Positions 10,407 through 21,163 of a stretch of DNA of 64,000 nucleotides are shown piece after piece. Each line of letters starts with the position of its first letter. The stretch's first letter is position 1. A program made the position numbers and the translations under genes. The stretch comes from an uncultured delta proteobacterium (GTDB lineage: Bacteria > Myxococcota_A > Polyangia > Fen-1088): the NCBI GenBank assembly GCA_963737265.1, contig CAVTRY010000011.1, forward strand, positions 1,248,001-1,312,000, in the 5' to 3' direction. Under the pieces are notes generated by a model that did not search any database, was not told the DNA's origin, and saw only the letters and a list, made by a program, of their open reading frames with translations.

Positions 10407-10678
10407 TCAGACGTCTTCCAAATCGAAACCGATGCGCAGACGGATTTGGTACCAGGCTTCGTTCATGAGCAGGAAATGGCCGAATTGACCATATTTGTAT
10501 TCCGCGGGGGACAGGTGCGGGACGTAGGGCTTGAGCCAATCCGTGGCGTACATGAGCTGTCCGAGAGAGAGAGACCGTCGGCGATTTCCACCACCCCGTC
10601 GATGCAGTAGCGATCGGGAATGATGGTGCGCAACTCGGGCCAGCGATAGTTGAACCTGATAGACGCGTTTGTCGCCAC
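10407..10678 (-). pseudogene. Small hypothetical gene frameshifted in a (TC)6 dinucleotide tract
   Basis: GC3-rich codons read RFNYRWPELRTIIPDRYCIDGVVEIADGLSL, then continue in another frame as GQLMYATDWLKPYVPHL...FDLEDV*; removing one TC unit at 10563-10574 joins them. Confidence 0.55.
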
Positions 10679-10733
10679 TGTTGGCAAACTGGATAGTTGC
10701 CATGGGTGCAATCTTCGGCCAGCATACGATCCG

Positions 10734-11234
10734 GTGCGACTGGTTCTTCTTCTCGCTTTGATATTGGGCAGCCATCTGTGGTCGTCGGTTTCGTCGGCGG
10801 CACCGCGCGTGGCGGTCCAGCCTTTCGGCGGGCCGGAGACAGAGCCGCTGCGCCAGCAGGTCGCCAAGATCGTCACCAAGCATGGATTTCGCGTCCTGAC
10901 GTCGTTGCAGGCGGTGAGCGGCACCAGCCAATACCCGGGGCTGGCCAAGGACAAGCGGCTCTCCGCGTTCGTGGTTGGCGAGGTGGCCCAGCGGGGCAAC
11001 CGCGTCAGTCTGACGTTTCTCGTGTGGCAGGGGATTGACGGCAGCGTGATCGGGCGCTGGGAAGTCGTTGGTCAAAAGACGAAGATTTCGCGCGTGCTGG
11101 CCAAGGACTTCTGGAAACGGCTCGGCCCCGCCATCGGCAAGGCGCACGCGCCGCCCAGCGGCTACCTGCCGCCGGCGCCGCCCATGCGAATCAACGCCGG
11201 GAAGCCGATTGCGGATTCAGTCGGTCCGAGTTAG
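10734..11234 (+). CDS. Hypothetical exported protein
   Basis: signal-peptide-like start VRLVLLLALILGSHLWSSVSSA-APRVAV, GC3 bias, Pro-rich tail. Confidence 0.6.
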   Translation: MRLVLLLALILGSHLWSSVSSAAPRVAVQPFGGPETEPLRQQVAKIVTKHGFRVLTSLQAVSGTSQYPGLAKDKRLSAFVVGEVAQRGNRVSLTFLVWQGIDGSVIGRWEVVGQKTKISRVLAKDFWKRLGPAIGKAHAPPSGYLPPAPPMRINAGKPIADSVGPS

Positions 11235-11257
11235 GGCGCCGAGTCTTCTCGGCTTCG

Positions 11258-12355
11258 TTAGCGCCGGCCTGCTTCGTAATCCGCGAACAGCTGTCCCCAC
11301 GTGGTGTCGCGCTTCCACGTTTCGAAGGTCTTCTTGTCCTTCATGGGCCAGCGGTAGTAGTCGTGGTAGCTCTCGCTGCCGAACACGAACAGATTCACCA
11401 AGGGCGTGTGGAAGAACAGCTTCTGGATGGCCTTGAGCGGGCCGAACCACAGCGCGTCGCCGACGTGGCTGGCCAGATTATCGCCCACCCTGAAGCCCCA
11501 GCTTTCGCCTGAGATGTCGTCGCCGACGATTTCGATGTCGCGCGGATCGCCCACGCCGAGTTTGTCCTCGTGGGCCACGGAGATGAACTCCAGCTTCATG
11601 GGGTCGAAGCCCATCATCTTGGCCGCGACCGCATCGATGGCGACCTGGTCGGGGCTGGCGAGCAGGTAGTCCTTGATGACCGGAATCATGGTGCGCGGGC
11701 CGGGGCCGTTGCCAGCGGTCGTGCCGTCCATGATGGCGAAAAGGCCGGAATGAATTTCCTTCTGGATGGCAAGCAGGTCGACCAAGGTGCGATGAATCCA
11801 GCTATGCGTATAGTGGCGACGCGTGTTTAGCAACCCGCCGAAGGCGTTCTTCATAGCCCCGGTCGTGGTGGTGTAGATGTGGCACTTCACGGTGGGAAGG
11901 TGGACGATGTTTTTGCCCTGAAAATAGTCGGGGATCATGATTCCGTCGGGGAAAATCTTGGGCAGCACGTGCATGCGCGCCTTGGGCTTGTATTCGATCC
12001 AGCGCATGTCGGTCTCTTTGAAGTTGTAGAGAACCGGGATTTGGTATTTGCGGAAGAGTGGGACGTAGTGGTTCAGATCCTCGCCCTTGAAGGCGTTGGT
12101 GACCACGGTCTTGTTTTGCACGCACGAAATGTCGCCGAAACCGGCACCGCGTAGCGCCTTGATTGCGCCCTCCATCTGCCAGGGCGTGGTGTTGGCCCCT
12201 GGGAACGGGTAGTGCCACGAAATGTTGTCCTTGAGGATCGTCGTCTTGCCCGGAGCAAGCGCTTCCTTCATTCCTGCCAGCTCGCACAGCCGTTCGACGT
12301 CGGTCAGGATGGTTTCGGGTTTGCACTTGATGACAGCAACTTTTGCCTTGGCCAT
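11258..12355 (-). CDS. DUF362 domain protein
   Basis: ILKDNISWH, HLPTVKCH..T.TGAMKNAFG, IMDGTTAGNGPGP, DQVAIDA motifs. Confidence 0.85.
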   Translation of the reverse strand: MAKAKVAVIKCKPETILTDVERLCELAGMKEALAPGKTTILKDNISWHYPFPGANTTPWQMEGAIKALRGAGFGDISCVQNKTVVTNAFKGEDLNHYVPLFRKYQIPVLYNFKETDMRWIEYKPKARMHVLPKIFPDGIMIPDYFQGKNIVHLPTVKCHIYTTTTGAMKNAFGGLLNTRRHYTHSWIHRTLVDLLAIQKEIHSGLFAIMDGTTAGNGPGPRTMIPVIKDYLLASPDQVAIDAVAAKMMGFDPMKLEFISVAHEDKLGVGDPRDIEIVGDDISGESWGFRVGDNLASHVGDALWFGPLKAIQKLFFHTPLVNLFVFGSESYHDYYRWPMKDKKTFETWKRDTTWGQLFADYEAGRR

Positions 12356-12437
12356 AGGTTTTCCCTGCCGTTACTGATACCAGGTCGCTGCCTGCGCCGC
12401 TAGTCGGTGTCGCCGAGGTCGTGGCCGCCATCACCGG

Positions 12438-12471
12438 AAAGAAAATGGCCCCCTGGTTCGACCAGGAGGCC
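12438..12471 (-). terminator. Rho-independent terminator downstream of the AEK-repeat gene
   Basis: hairpin GGCCTCCTGGT-CGA-ACCAGGGGGCC followed by ATTTTCTTT on the minus strand. Confidence 0.55.
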
Positions 12472-12483
12472 CTTGTAGTTATC

Positions 12484-12513
12484 CTCGAAAGAACCCTGGA
12501 GGGTTCTTTCGAG
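12484..12513. repeat. Perfect palindromic hairpin (REP-like or 3' stabilising stem)
   Basis: CTCGAAAGAACCCT-GG-AGGGTTCTTTCGAG, 14-bp perfect arms just after the stop codon at 12521. Confidence 0.7.
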
Positions 12514-12520
12514 CTCCCAC

Positions 12521-13024
12521 TTACTTAGCCTTCTCGGCTTTCTCGCCTTTTTCAGCCTTCTCGGCCTTCTCAGGCTTGGCCTTCTCTGCCTTTTCGGCCT
12601 TGGCCTTCTCGGCCTTCTCTGCCTTTTCTGCCTTGGCCTTCTCGGCCTTCTCTGCCTTTTCTGCCTTGGCCTTCTCGGCCTTCTCTGCCTTTTCTGCCTT
12701 CTCTGCCTTAGCCTTCTCGGCCTTCTCTGCCTTCTCTGCCTTGGCCTTCTCGGCCTTCTCTGCCTTCTCGGCCTTGGCCTTCTCGGCCTTTTCTGCCTTC
12801 TCGGCCTTGTCGCTCTTATCAGCGGCCGGCTTCTCAGCCTTTTCGGCGGCCGGCTTCTCAGCCTTCTCCGCGGGCTTGGCGGCAGCAGGAGCCTTCTCCG
12901 CCTTCTCTGCCTTGGCGGCCGGCGCCGCAGCGGGGGCCTTCTCCGCAGGCTTGCCTTGCGCGAATGCCAGGCCGGACAGGGGCAACAATGCCGAAACCGA
13001 GAGAACCATAAGTAGACGCTTCAT
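12521..13024 (-). CDS. Exported low-complexity Ala/Glu/Lys repeat protein
   Basis: GGAGG RBS, signal peptide MKRLLMVLSVSALLPLSGLAFA, then (AEK)n / AEKAEKAK repeats to the C-terminus. Confidence 0.85.
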   Translation of the reverse strand: MKRLLMVLSVSALLPLSGLAFAQGKPAEKAPAAAPAAKAEKAEKAPAAAKPAEKAEKPAAEKAEKPAADKSDKAEKAEKAEKAKAEKAEKAEKAKAEKAEKAEKAKAEKAEKAEKAEKAKAEKAEKAEKAKAEKAEKAEKAKAEKAEKAKPEKAEKAEKGEKAEKAK

Positions 13025-13226
13025 CGATTGACCTCCAAGAGGGTGACGTTTGACTGCGGGCGCATCATACATGTGCGCGGACGTATTTCCACTCCTACTC
13101 TCTGATATTTGCTTTTACAAAGCTGTCTATGAAGCGATGTGACGAACAGGCACGACGCCGGGACGCACCATATCTTGAGTGGTCAGCCGGCTTCTGCGAC
13201 CATCGGGCGCTGGAAAGGCACAGCGC

Positions 13227-13346
13227 ATGCGCAAAGTAAAAATCGTCTGCACTCTCGGGCCGGCAAACACCGGCGTCCCCCGCCTGGTCGAGCAGCTCGT
13301 CCATACCGGCCTGGATGTGGCGCGACGTGCACAGGATCAAAGGTAG
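13227..13346 (+). pseudogene. pyk: Pyruvate kinase 5' remnant (39 codons)
   Basis: MRKVKIVCTLGPANTGVPRLVEQLVHTGLDVAR matches the pyruvate kinase N-terminus (KIVCTLGPA...G.DVAR), then breaks before the expected LNFSHG. Confidence 0.7.
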
Positions 13347-13354
13347 TTAGTTCG

Positions 13355-15736
13355 TTGGCGGGTACGCGGGCGATCGGCGCGCCAGCTCGCCGGGCATGGG
13401 TTCTGTCGATTCTCGGGTTGCTAGGCGTTCTTGCGCTGGCCTACTTTCGCGTGCTTTTTCTCGGCGAAACCTTTGCCGTGCGCGACCATCTCGCCTGGAC
13501 GCTGCCGTCACGGGCCTATCTCGGCGAAAGCCTGCGGCAGGGACACTTGCCCGAATGGTGGGATGCTCTTCGTCTCGGAACGGGCTTTGCCGCCGATCCG
13601 AACAACGGGGTGACCTACCCGCTGGCCTGGGTCGTTGCCTTGGTCGACCCGCTGCTGGGCGCCGACTTGTTGCTCTTGTTTCACATCTTTCTCGCCGGCG
13701 TGGGCGGCTTGCTGTTTGCCCGACGGCTGGGCGCAAGTGCGCTGGGCGCCTTCTTCGGTGCAGCGGTATTGATGACCTCGGGCTACGTGACGTCGATGAT
13801 CGTCAATGGCACCATCCTTCTGCCGATCGGATGGATGCCGCTCGTGGCCTGGGCCGCTCTCGGCGTGGCCGAGGTCGAGGATGGCCACGATTACTTCGGG
13901 CGCGGGCTGATGGTCGCCGCTGTGCTCGCCGGTTCGATAGCGTCGGGCAACCCGGCCGGCATCAACAACATCGTTTTGGCTGGTGCCATCGTCGCCCTGA
14001 CGGCGCGTCGCCGCGTTCCGGCGCTGCTGGTGTTGTCCGCCGCGGGCCTTCTCGGCGTGCTGATGGGGGCAGCTTCCGTGCTCGTGCCCTTGTTCACCCT
14101 GCCCGACAGCACACGCGCTGGAGGCCTCTCGCTGGCGGAGAGTGGCGCCTGGTCGCTGCATCCCCTGCGCTTGTTCGATTTGGTTTGGCCCCAGTTCTTG
14201 GGACAGGGGTTGCGCCCCGAGCGCAACCTGGCCGAACTGTGGGCGCGCGGTGGCGGAACGCTCGAAGCGAGCTGGGCGGCCAGTGTCTACGTCGGGCTTC
14301 CGGTCTTGTTTTGCGCGGGACTCGCGGTTGTGCGAGGAGGCTCGCTACCCCGGCGGTTGGGTCTACTCTCGCTGGTTTTTCTGGTTCTGTCCCTGGGCAG
14401 CTTCACGCCCGTCTACGGGATCTACCGAGCGATCTTCCGCTTCGAGCGCGTTCTTCGCTACCCGGAAAAACACCTGGCGAGCACTGTGTTCCTGTGGTCG
14501 GTCCTGGCGGCCGTTGGCTTCGATCGCCTTTTCGATCCCAAGGCCCGGCGCACGCGGCCTCTGCACATCAGCATGTGGATGTCGATCGTGCTCGGCGCCG
14601 GGTGGTGTGTGGCGACCATGGCGCGTGGAACATTGGCCAAGATGATCGAGCACGCGAGCCAGGCACGAGGGTTGGGAATCGACGCGCAAGCCGCCCTTAC
14701 TGCGGTGCTGGACGGCGGTCTCGCGGCCGCAGCGGTCGCTGCGCTCGTGCCTCTCGCACTTTGGCTATCCGCCCGGCCTCGATTGGGCCATCTCATGCGA
14801 CCGCTTTTTGTCGGGGTCGTCGTGGCGCAGTTGATTGACCACGACGGGTCGGTGCACGTCCTCATCGCCCGTCACCTCGTCAGGAACATGCCCGCCATCT
14901 TGGCTGTTCTTCCCAAGCCGCCTGCCACCCTGTGGCCACGCGTTCTGCGCCGTGCCCAGGACGCAATGCCCATCACAATCGCCGGCGAGGAGCGGGCGTG
15001 GCTTCTCCACCAACTCGCCGTCCAAAACGAAGCCACACGTTTCGGCTTCGGCCAGCTTCCCGGGTATCTCATCGCCGGCACGGCGCGCTTCGACGCCTTG
15101 GCCAAGGCCAGCGGCAACGCGAACCTTGAACGCATCATGGACTTGCTCGACATCCGGTATCTCATCGTCGATGTGGCCGGTGCAGCCGGAATGGGAATGC
15201 CAACGCGATCCCAAGCGCCGCTCGCAGGCTACGTGGTCGTTGAAAATGAAGATCGTCGCGCCCGCGCTTTCGTGGCCTATCGTTGGCAGCACGGCCTCGG
15301 AGACGAGGAGATCCTCAGGCGGCTTTTCGCGCCCGATCGTTCCCAGGTGGACTTCGGCGCGGTTCGCCTGACGGGGCTGGGTGAAAATCAAACCAACGCT
15401 CCACAGGAACCGAGCCCGTGCGCAATTGAAAGGCCGGTGGCGGAACACGTGATTTTGCGTTGCCACGCGGAGCGGGACGGGTACGCCGTATTGCTCGACG
15501 AGTGGACGAAGGGGTGGACCGCCACCGTCGACCAGATCGAGGTTCCGATCGAGCGGGCCGATGTGGTCTTTCGGGCCGTGGCTATCCCCGCCGGTTTCCA
15601 CGTGGTGGAGATGCGCTACCGAACGCCTGGCTTGCGCTGGGGTGCGCTCGTTTCGCTCTTCGGCTGCTTAACCTTCGGCATTCTTGGTTTCGTCGGCCGG
15701 GTCATGCGCCGCAGACGGCGCCTTCCAACGGACTGA
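13355..15736 (+). CDS. YfhO-family membrane protein (GT-C-like)
   Basis: GHLPEWW...G.GFAADP...YPL, YVG, RYPEK, and C-terminal GWTATVD...VFRAVAIPAGFHVVEMRY..PG typical of YfhO; start uncertain. Confidence 0.8.
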   Translation: MAGTRAIGAPARRAWVLSILGLLGVLALAYFRVLFLGETFAVRDHLAWTLPSRAYLGESLRQGHLPEWWDALRLGTGFAADPNNGVTYPLAWVVALVDPLLGADLLLLFHIFLAGVGGLLFARRLGASALGAFFGAAVLMTSGYVTSMIVNGTILLPIGWMPLVAWAALGVAEVEDGHDYFGRGLMVAAVLAGSIASGNPAGINNIVLAGAIVALTARRRVPALLVLSAAGLLGVLMGAASVLVPLFTLPDSTRAGGLSLAESGAWSLHPLRLFDLVWPQFLGQGLRPERNLAELWARGGGTLEASWAASVYVGLPVLFCAGLAVVRGGSLPRRLGLLSLVFLVLSLGSFTPVYGIYRAIFRFERVLRYPEKHLASTVFLWSVLAAVGFDRLFDPKARRTRPLHISMWMSIVLGAGWCVATMARGTLAKMIEHASQARGLGIDAQAALTAVLDGGLAAAAVAALVPLALWLSARPRLGHLMRPLFVGVVVAQLIDHDGSVHVLIARHLVRNMPAILAVLPKPPATLWPRVLRRAQDAMPITIAGEERAWLLHQLAVQNEATRFGFGQLPGYLIAGTARFDALAKASGNANLERIMDLLDIRYLIVDVAGAAGMGMPTRSQAPLAGYVVVENEDRRARAFVAYRWQHGLGDEEILRRLFAPDRSQVDFGAVRLTGLGENQTNAPQEPSPCAIERPVAEHVILRCHAERDGYAVLLDEWTKGWTATVDQIEVPIERADVVFRAVAIPAGFHVVEMRYRTPGLRWGALVSLFGCLTFGILGFVGRVMRRRRRLPTD

Positions 15737-15771
15737 CCAGCGAGCTCGCGGATCGCAGCTCGGGTTGTGGA

Positions 15772-16071
15772 TCAACCCTTGCGCGTGAGACTTGCCGCCA
15801 GGATTTCCATGGCAGCCTTGTGCCCCGCGGCCGTGAGGGCGAATGTCTGGCGCGGCAACCCGCTACGCTTTTCCGTGCCCGAGGTGTGGCCTTCAACGAG
15901 ATTCTGACCTTCGAGGTCGCGAATCGCGGCTGCGAATGTTACCTCGTCGAGCGCAATCTGCCCGCCCGTCCAATCGCCCACCTTGCGCATGAGCTCGGCG
16001 CCATCCATCTCACCGGAGATGAGCACGCGCAAGAGCGCGGCTTGGGGTGTGACGGCTGGCCCTTGGCTCAT
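15772..16071 (-). CDS. PadR-like winged-helix transcriptional regulator
   Basis: LLRVLISGEMDGAEL...DLEGQNLV...GLPRQTFALTAAG pattern. Confidence 0.7.
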   Translation of the reverse strand: MSQGPAVTPQAALLRVLISGEMDGAELMRKVGDWTGGQIALDEVTFAAAIRDLEGQNLVEGHTSGTEKRSGLPRQTFALTAAGHKAAMEILAASLTRKG

Positions 16072-16080
16072 GGCAGGATA

Positions 16081-16380
16081 CTACCGGCTGCTATCATCCT
16101 CATCCTCATCGGTCTGGGTCGACTGGCGGCGGAGTACCTCGAAGGTCAGCGTGCTCTCGATGGACGATTGCACCGGCACCGTCACGTCGTCTTCGACGAT
16201 CTCGCTAGGAGCGGCCTGCGCCGGTCCGCGCCGGCCCTGTTCCGTTTCGGCGGCCACTTCTTCCACAGCAAAGGGCTCGCAGGCAGGCAGCTCTCGGGTT
16301 TTGTCGAGGTACTGAGGTTGGACGACGATTGGTACGCCATCGGCGGCCACGGACGCACTGAGGGGCTTCTTCGTCGTCAT
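16081..16380 (-). CDS. Small acidic hypothetical protein
   Basis: ATG-started 99-aa ORF with GC3 bias, 9 nt upstream of the PadR gene. Confidence 0.5.
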   Translation of the reverse strand: MTTKKPLSASVAADGVPIVVQPQYLDKTRELPACEPFAVEEVAAETEQGRRGPAQAAPSEIVEDDVTVPVQSSIESTLTFEVLRRQSTQTDEDEDDSSR

Positions 16381-16397
16381 CGCTTTGCCATCGCTTG

Positions 16398-16417
16398 TGT
16401 CAAAGAAGAGTTTGACA
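16398..16417. promoter_or_regulatory. Palindromic operator candidate TGTCAAA-N6-TTTGACA
   Basis: perfect 7-bp inverted repeat in the divergent intergenic region, 17 nt from the start of the PadR operon. Confidence 0.45.
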
Positions 16418-16582
16418 TACGCATTCTACTACGTCTCAAGCGAGCTCGTCGCCTATCTGATCTATTGGGGTGCGCGATGACGTCCATCGCATGGCGGGGC
16501 TATCGGAATAGCGGGCGACGGATGAAGGTGCGAAATGCAGACGACGCGTGCATGCACAGCGCGAAACGAGTATGAAAAGGCG

Positions 16583-17788
16583 ATGAACGAGAAGACCGAA
16601 GATTTCGCCGCGCTTCTGGCCGAGTTCGACAGCCGGGAACCTCGCGGTGCCCGGCGTGAGGTGCGCGCTGGCGACAACGTGCGCGGGCGCGTGGCGACCA
16701 TTGGACATGAATCCGCGGTGGTAGAGATCGACGGCGGCAAGGTCGAAGGCATGATCGAGCTCGATCAGTTACGCGACGGTGAAGGCAATCTGACCGTCAA
16801 GATCGGCGACGAGATCGAGGCGCGCGTGGTCGAGACCATGGGCAAAGACGGCTGCGTGGTCTTGCGGCGGGCGATGGCGCGCGGCCCCGAGGCCAAGGCC
16901 GAATTGGCCCAGGCCGCGGAACTTGGCCTGACCGTTGAAGGCACAGTGATGGCCGTCAACAAGGGCGGCGTCGAGGTGCTGGTCGCCGGCGTGCGTGGTT
17001 TTTGCCCGATTTCACAGCTCGACATGCGCCACGTGGCGGACGCCAACGAGTATGTGGGGCGCAAATTCCAGTTCCGAGTCACTCGCTACGACGTCGATCG
17101 GCGCGGCGACAATCTCGTGGTTTCGCGCCGGGCGTTGCTTGAGGAAGAGGCGAGAGGCCGTGCCGAAAAGATGCGCGGCAAGGTTGTTCCGGGCGCGGTT
17201 CTGCCCGGCGTCGTTGTCGCGGTCAAGGACTTCGGCGCGTTCGTCGATCTCGGAGGCATCGAAGGCCTGCTGCACGCTTCCGAGTTGGGATTTTCGCGTG
17301 GTATCCGTCCGAGCGAGGTAGTGTCCGTCGGGCAACAGCTCAACGTGCAAGTCCTCAAGATCGAAAAGACCGACGATCCCAAGCTGCCCGAACGGATCTC
17401 GCTTTCGCTCAAGTCCATGGAACGCGATCCTTGGCAAGACGTCGAGGCGAAGTTTCCGTCGGGAACGCAGCTGGCCGGCAAGGTTGTCCGCATCGAACCG
17501 TTTGGTGCCTTTGTCGAGCTGGCTCCCGGCGTGGAAGGACTGGTTCACGTTGGCGAGCTCGCGGTGGGCAAACAGGTGCGCCACCCTCGCGAGATTTGCA
17601 AGGTCGGCGACAGCCTGACCGTAACCGTGCTTGCCTTGGATCACGAGCGACACCGCATCTCGCTCGGCGTGGGCGAGCGCTCCGATGTCGTTTCCCAAGA
17701 AGATATGGCCGTCGCGCGCGCCGCGGCCGGCCCCGCGCGCTTCGGGACGCTCGGCGATTTGATGCGTGCCAAGAACACGAAAAGCTAA
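16583..17788 (+). CDS. S1 RNA-binding domain protein (short ribosomal protein S1 homolog, four S1 domains)
   Basis: NKGG.EV...RGFCPISQ, DFGAFVDLGGIEGLLHASEL, PFGAFVELAPGVEGLVH. Confidence 0.85.
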   Translation: MNEKTEDFAALLAEFDSREPRGARREVRAGDNVRGRVATIGHESAVVEIDGGKVEGMIELDQLRDGEGNLTVKIGDEIEARVVETMGKDGCVVLRRAMARGPEAKAELAQAAELGLTVEGTVMAVNKGGVEVLVAGVRGFCPISQLDMRHVADANEYVGRKFQFRVTRYDVDRRGDNLVVSRRALLEEEARGRAEKMRGKVVPGAVLPGVVVAVKDFGAFVDLGGIEGLLHASELGFSRGIRPSEVVSVGQQLNVQVLKIEKTDDPKLPERISLSLKSMERDPWQDVEAKFPSGTQLAGKVVRIEPFGAFVELAPGVEGLVHVGELAVGKQVRHPREICKVGDSLTVTVLALDHERHRISLGVGERSDVVSQEDMAVARAAAGPARFGTLGDLMRAKNTKS

Positions 17789-17945
17789 CCGTCAGTTCGC
17801 GCGCGCCGAACGGCCGGACGGGCGGCCTGGGAAATCGCGGTTCATCGTGTAAAATAGAAAAAAGCGTGCTGGGAACAGGGGGCTCGTTTCCCTTGTCGGA
17901 TAGGTTGCATCCCGCGCGCAATGGAAGACTGCGGAGCAAACGACC

Positions 17946-19103
17946 ATGTTGTCAGGGCACGATCAGCGGCAGAGCCGGATCACGGTGGAAGGACACCTGA
18001 CCCTCTCGGCCACCATCAACTGGCATCTGTCGGCGCGCAAGATCGATCTGGGGGCGCTTTTGCGCGTGATCCTGGGGCCGGCCAAGGTCGCGGATCAGGC
18101 GCCGCTGCTGGAGGCACTCAACTACTTGCACCACGCCTACGGCGATCGTCGGCGCAAGAACGGACCGGCCGCGGTGCTGCACTGTCTGCGCATCGCCGCC
18201 ATGCTCGCACGCGTGATGCCAGCGCCCGACACACTCGACCTGCTCGGTGCGCTTCTTCACGACAAGGAAGAAGATCTGACGCGTGAAGAGCTGGGCACCG
18301 CCGAATGGGATCGCGTGCAAGCCGAATTCGCTCGCGTGCTCGAAAAGATCGACGCCAATCACCGCTGGTTCTTGGGCGAGCGCATCGCCTTGCTGTGGCG
18401 GCAAGAGTCGCAATCCTATTACGACTACCTCGGCAGCGTTCTTTCCAGGGTGCGCACCATGCCGGACCTCTTGCGCTGCAAGTTGGCCGACCGCCTGGAC
18501 AACACCATGGACATCGCCGTGCAGCGAACACCGACGGAACAAAACGCGTTTTTCGAGCTGGCATTCAGCATGCTGTTCCTGCCCGGCTATCAGCCCGAGC
18601 CTTACGACGGCACCGTCGCTCCAGATGGCGAGGCGTGCGTGTTGCTGATCTCCCAACTCTTCAAGAACGTCGTGTTCATGAGCATGTTGCGGCAGCAGCA
18701 GCTCGATCATCTGGACGAGACGACGACGCGACTTTTTCATGCCTTGGCCACCATGAGCAGCGAACAGGCGCAATGGGCGGTGGCGGCTCTTCTGTCGGCG
18801 CCAACGCTGGGCTGGCAAGAGCGACGGCGCTTGCTGCGGGAAATGATGGATTACTGTTCCGCGGGCGGCATGGCGGCAATCCACGGCAAAGACAAAGGTG
18901 GTCTGCTCGACGGCAGTTTCCTCGAACACTTCGCCGAGCCGAACGACAAGATCCGCAAGAAGCAGATCGAAACGCTCTACAACGACAAGCTGCGCTTCAT
19001 TCGCCTACTCGTGCTGTACATCGGAATGTTCGCCAGCTTTCTCGCCGATCCGAGCTACTACGTGCGTGGCATCGATCGCAACGGATTGCATCCGGTCGGC
19101 TAG
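17946..19103 (+). CDS. Stand-alone RelA/SpoT-type HD hydrolase-like protein with unknown C-terminal domain
   Basis: RRKNGPAAVLH, ALLHDKEED, KLADRLDN parallel the RelA/SpoT/Mesh1 HD motifs; no synthetase domain seen. Confidence 0.6.
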   Translation: MLSGHDQRQSRITVEGHLTLSATINWHLSARKIDLGALLRVILGPAKVADQAPLLEALNYLHHAYGDRRRKNGPAAVLHCLRIAAMLARVMPAPDTLDLLGALLHDKEEDLTREELGTAEWDRVQAEFARVLEKIDANHRWFLGERIALLWRQESQSYYDYLGSVLSRVRTMPDLLRCKLADRLDNTMDIAVQRTPTEQNAFFELAFSMLFLPGYQPEPYDGTVAPDGEACVLLISQLFKNVVFMSMLRQQQLDHLDETTTRLFHALATMSSEQAQWAVAALLSAPTLGWQERRRLLREMMDYCSAGGMAAIHGKDKGGLLDGSFLEHFAEPNDKIRKKQIETLYNDKLRFIRLLVLYIGMFASFLADPSYYVRGIDRNGLHPVG

Positions 19104-19113
19104 TGCCGCTGGA

Positions 19114-21159
<2,046 letters not shown>

Positions 21160-21163
21160 CTAA

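Noticed and set aside
12576-13031. Plus-strand (AFS)n ORF
   Set aside because: Antisense shadow of the AEK-repeat gene, which has the RBS and signal peptide
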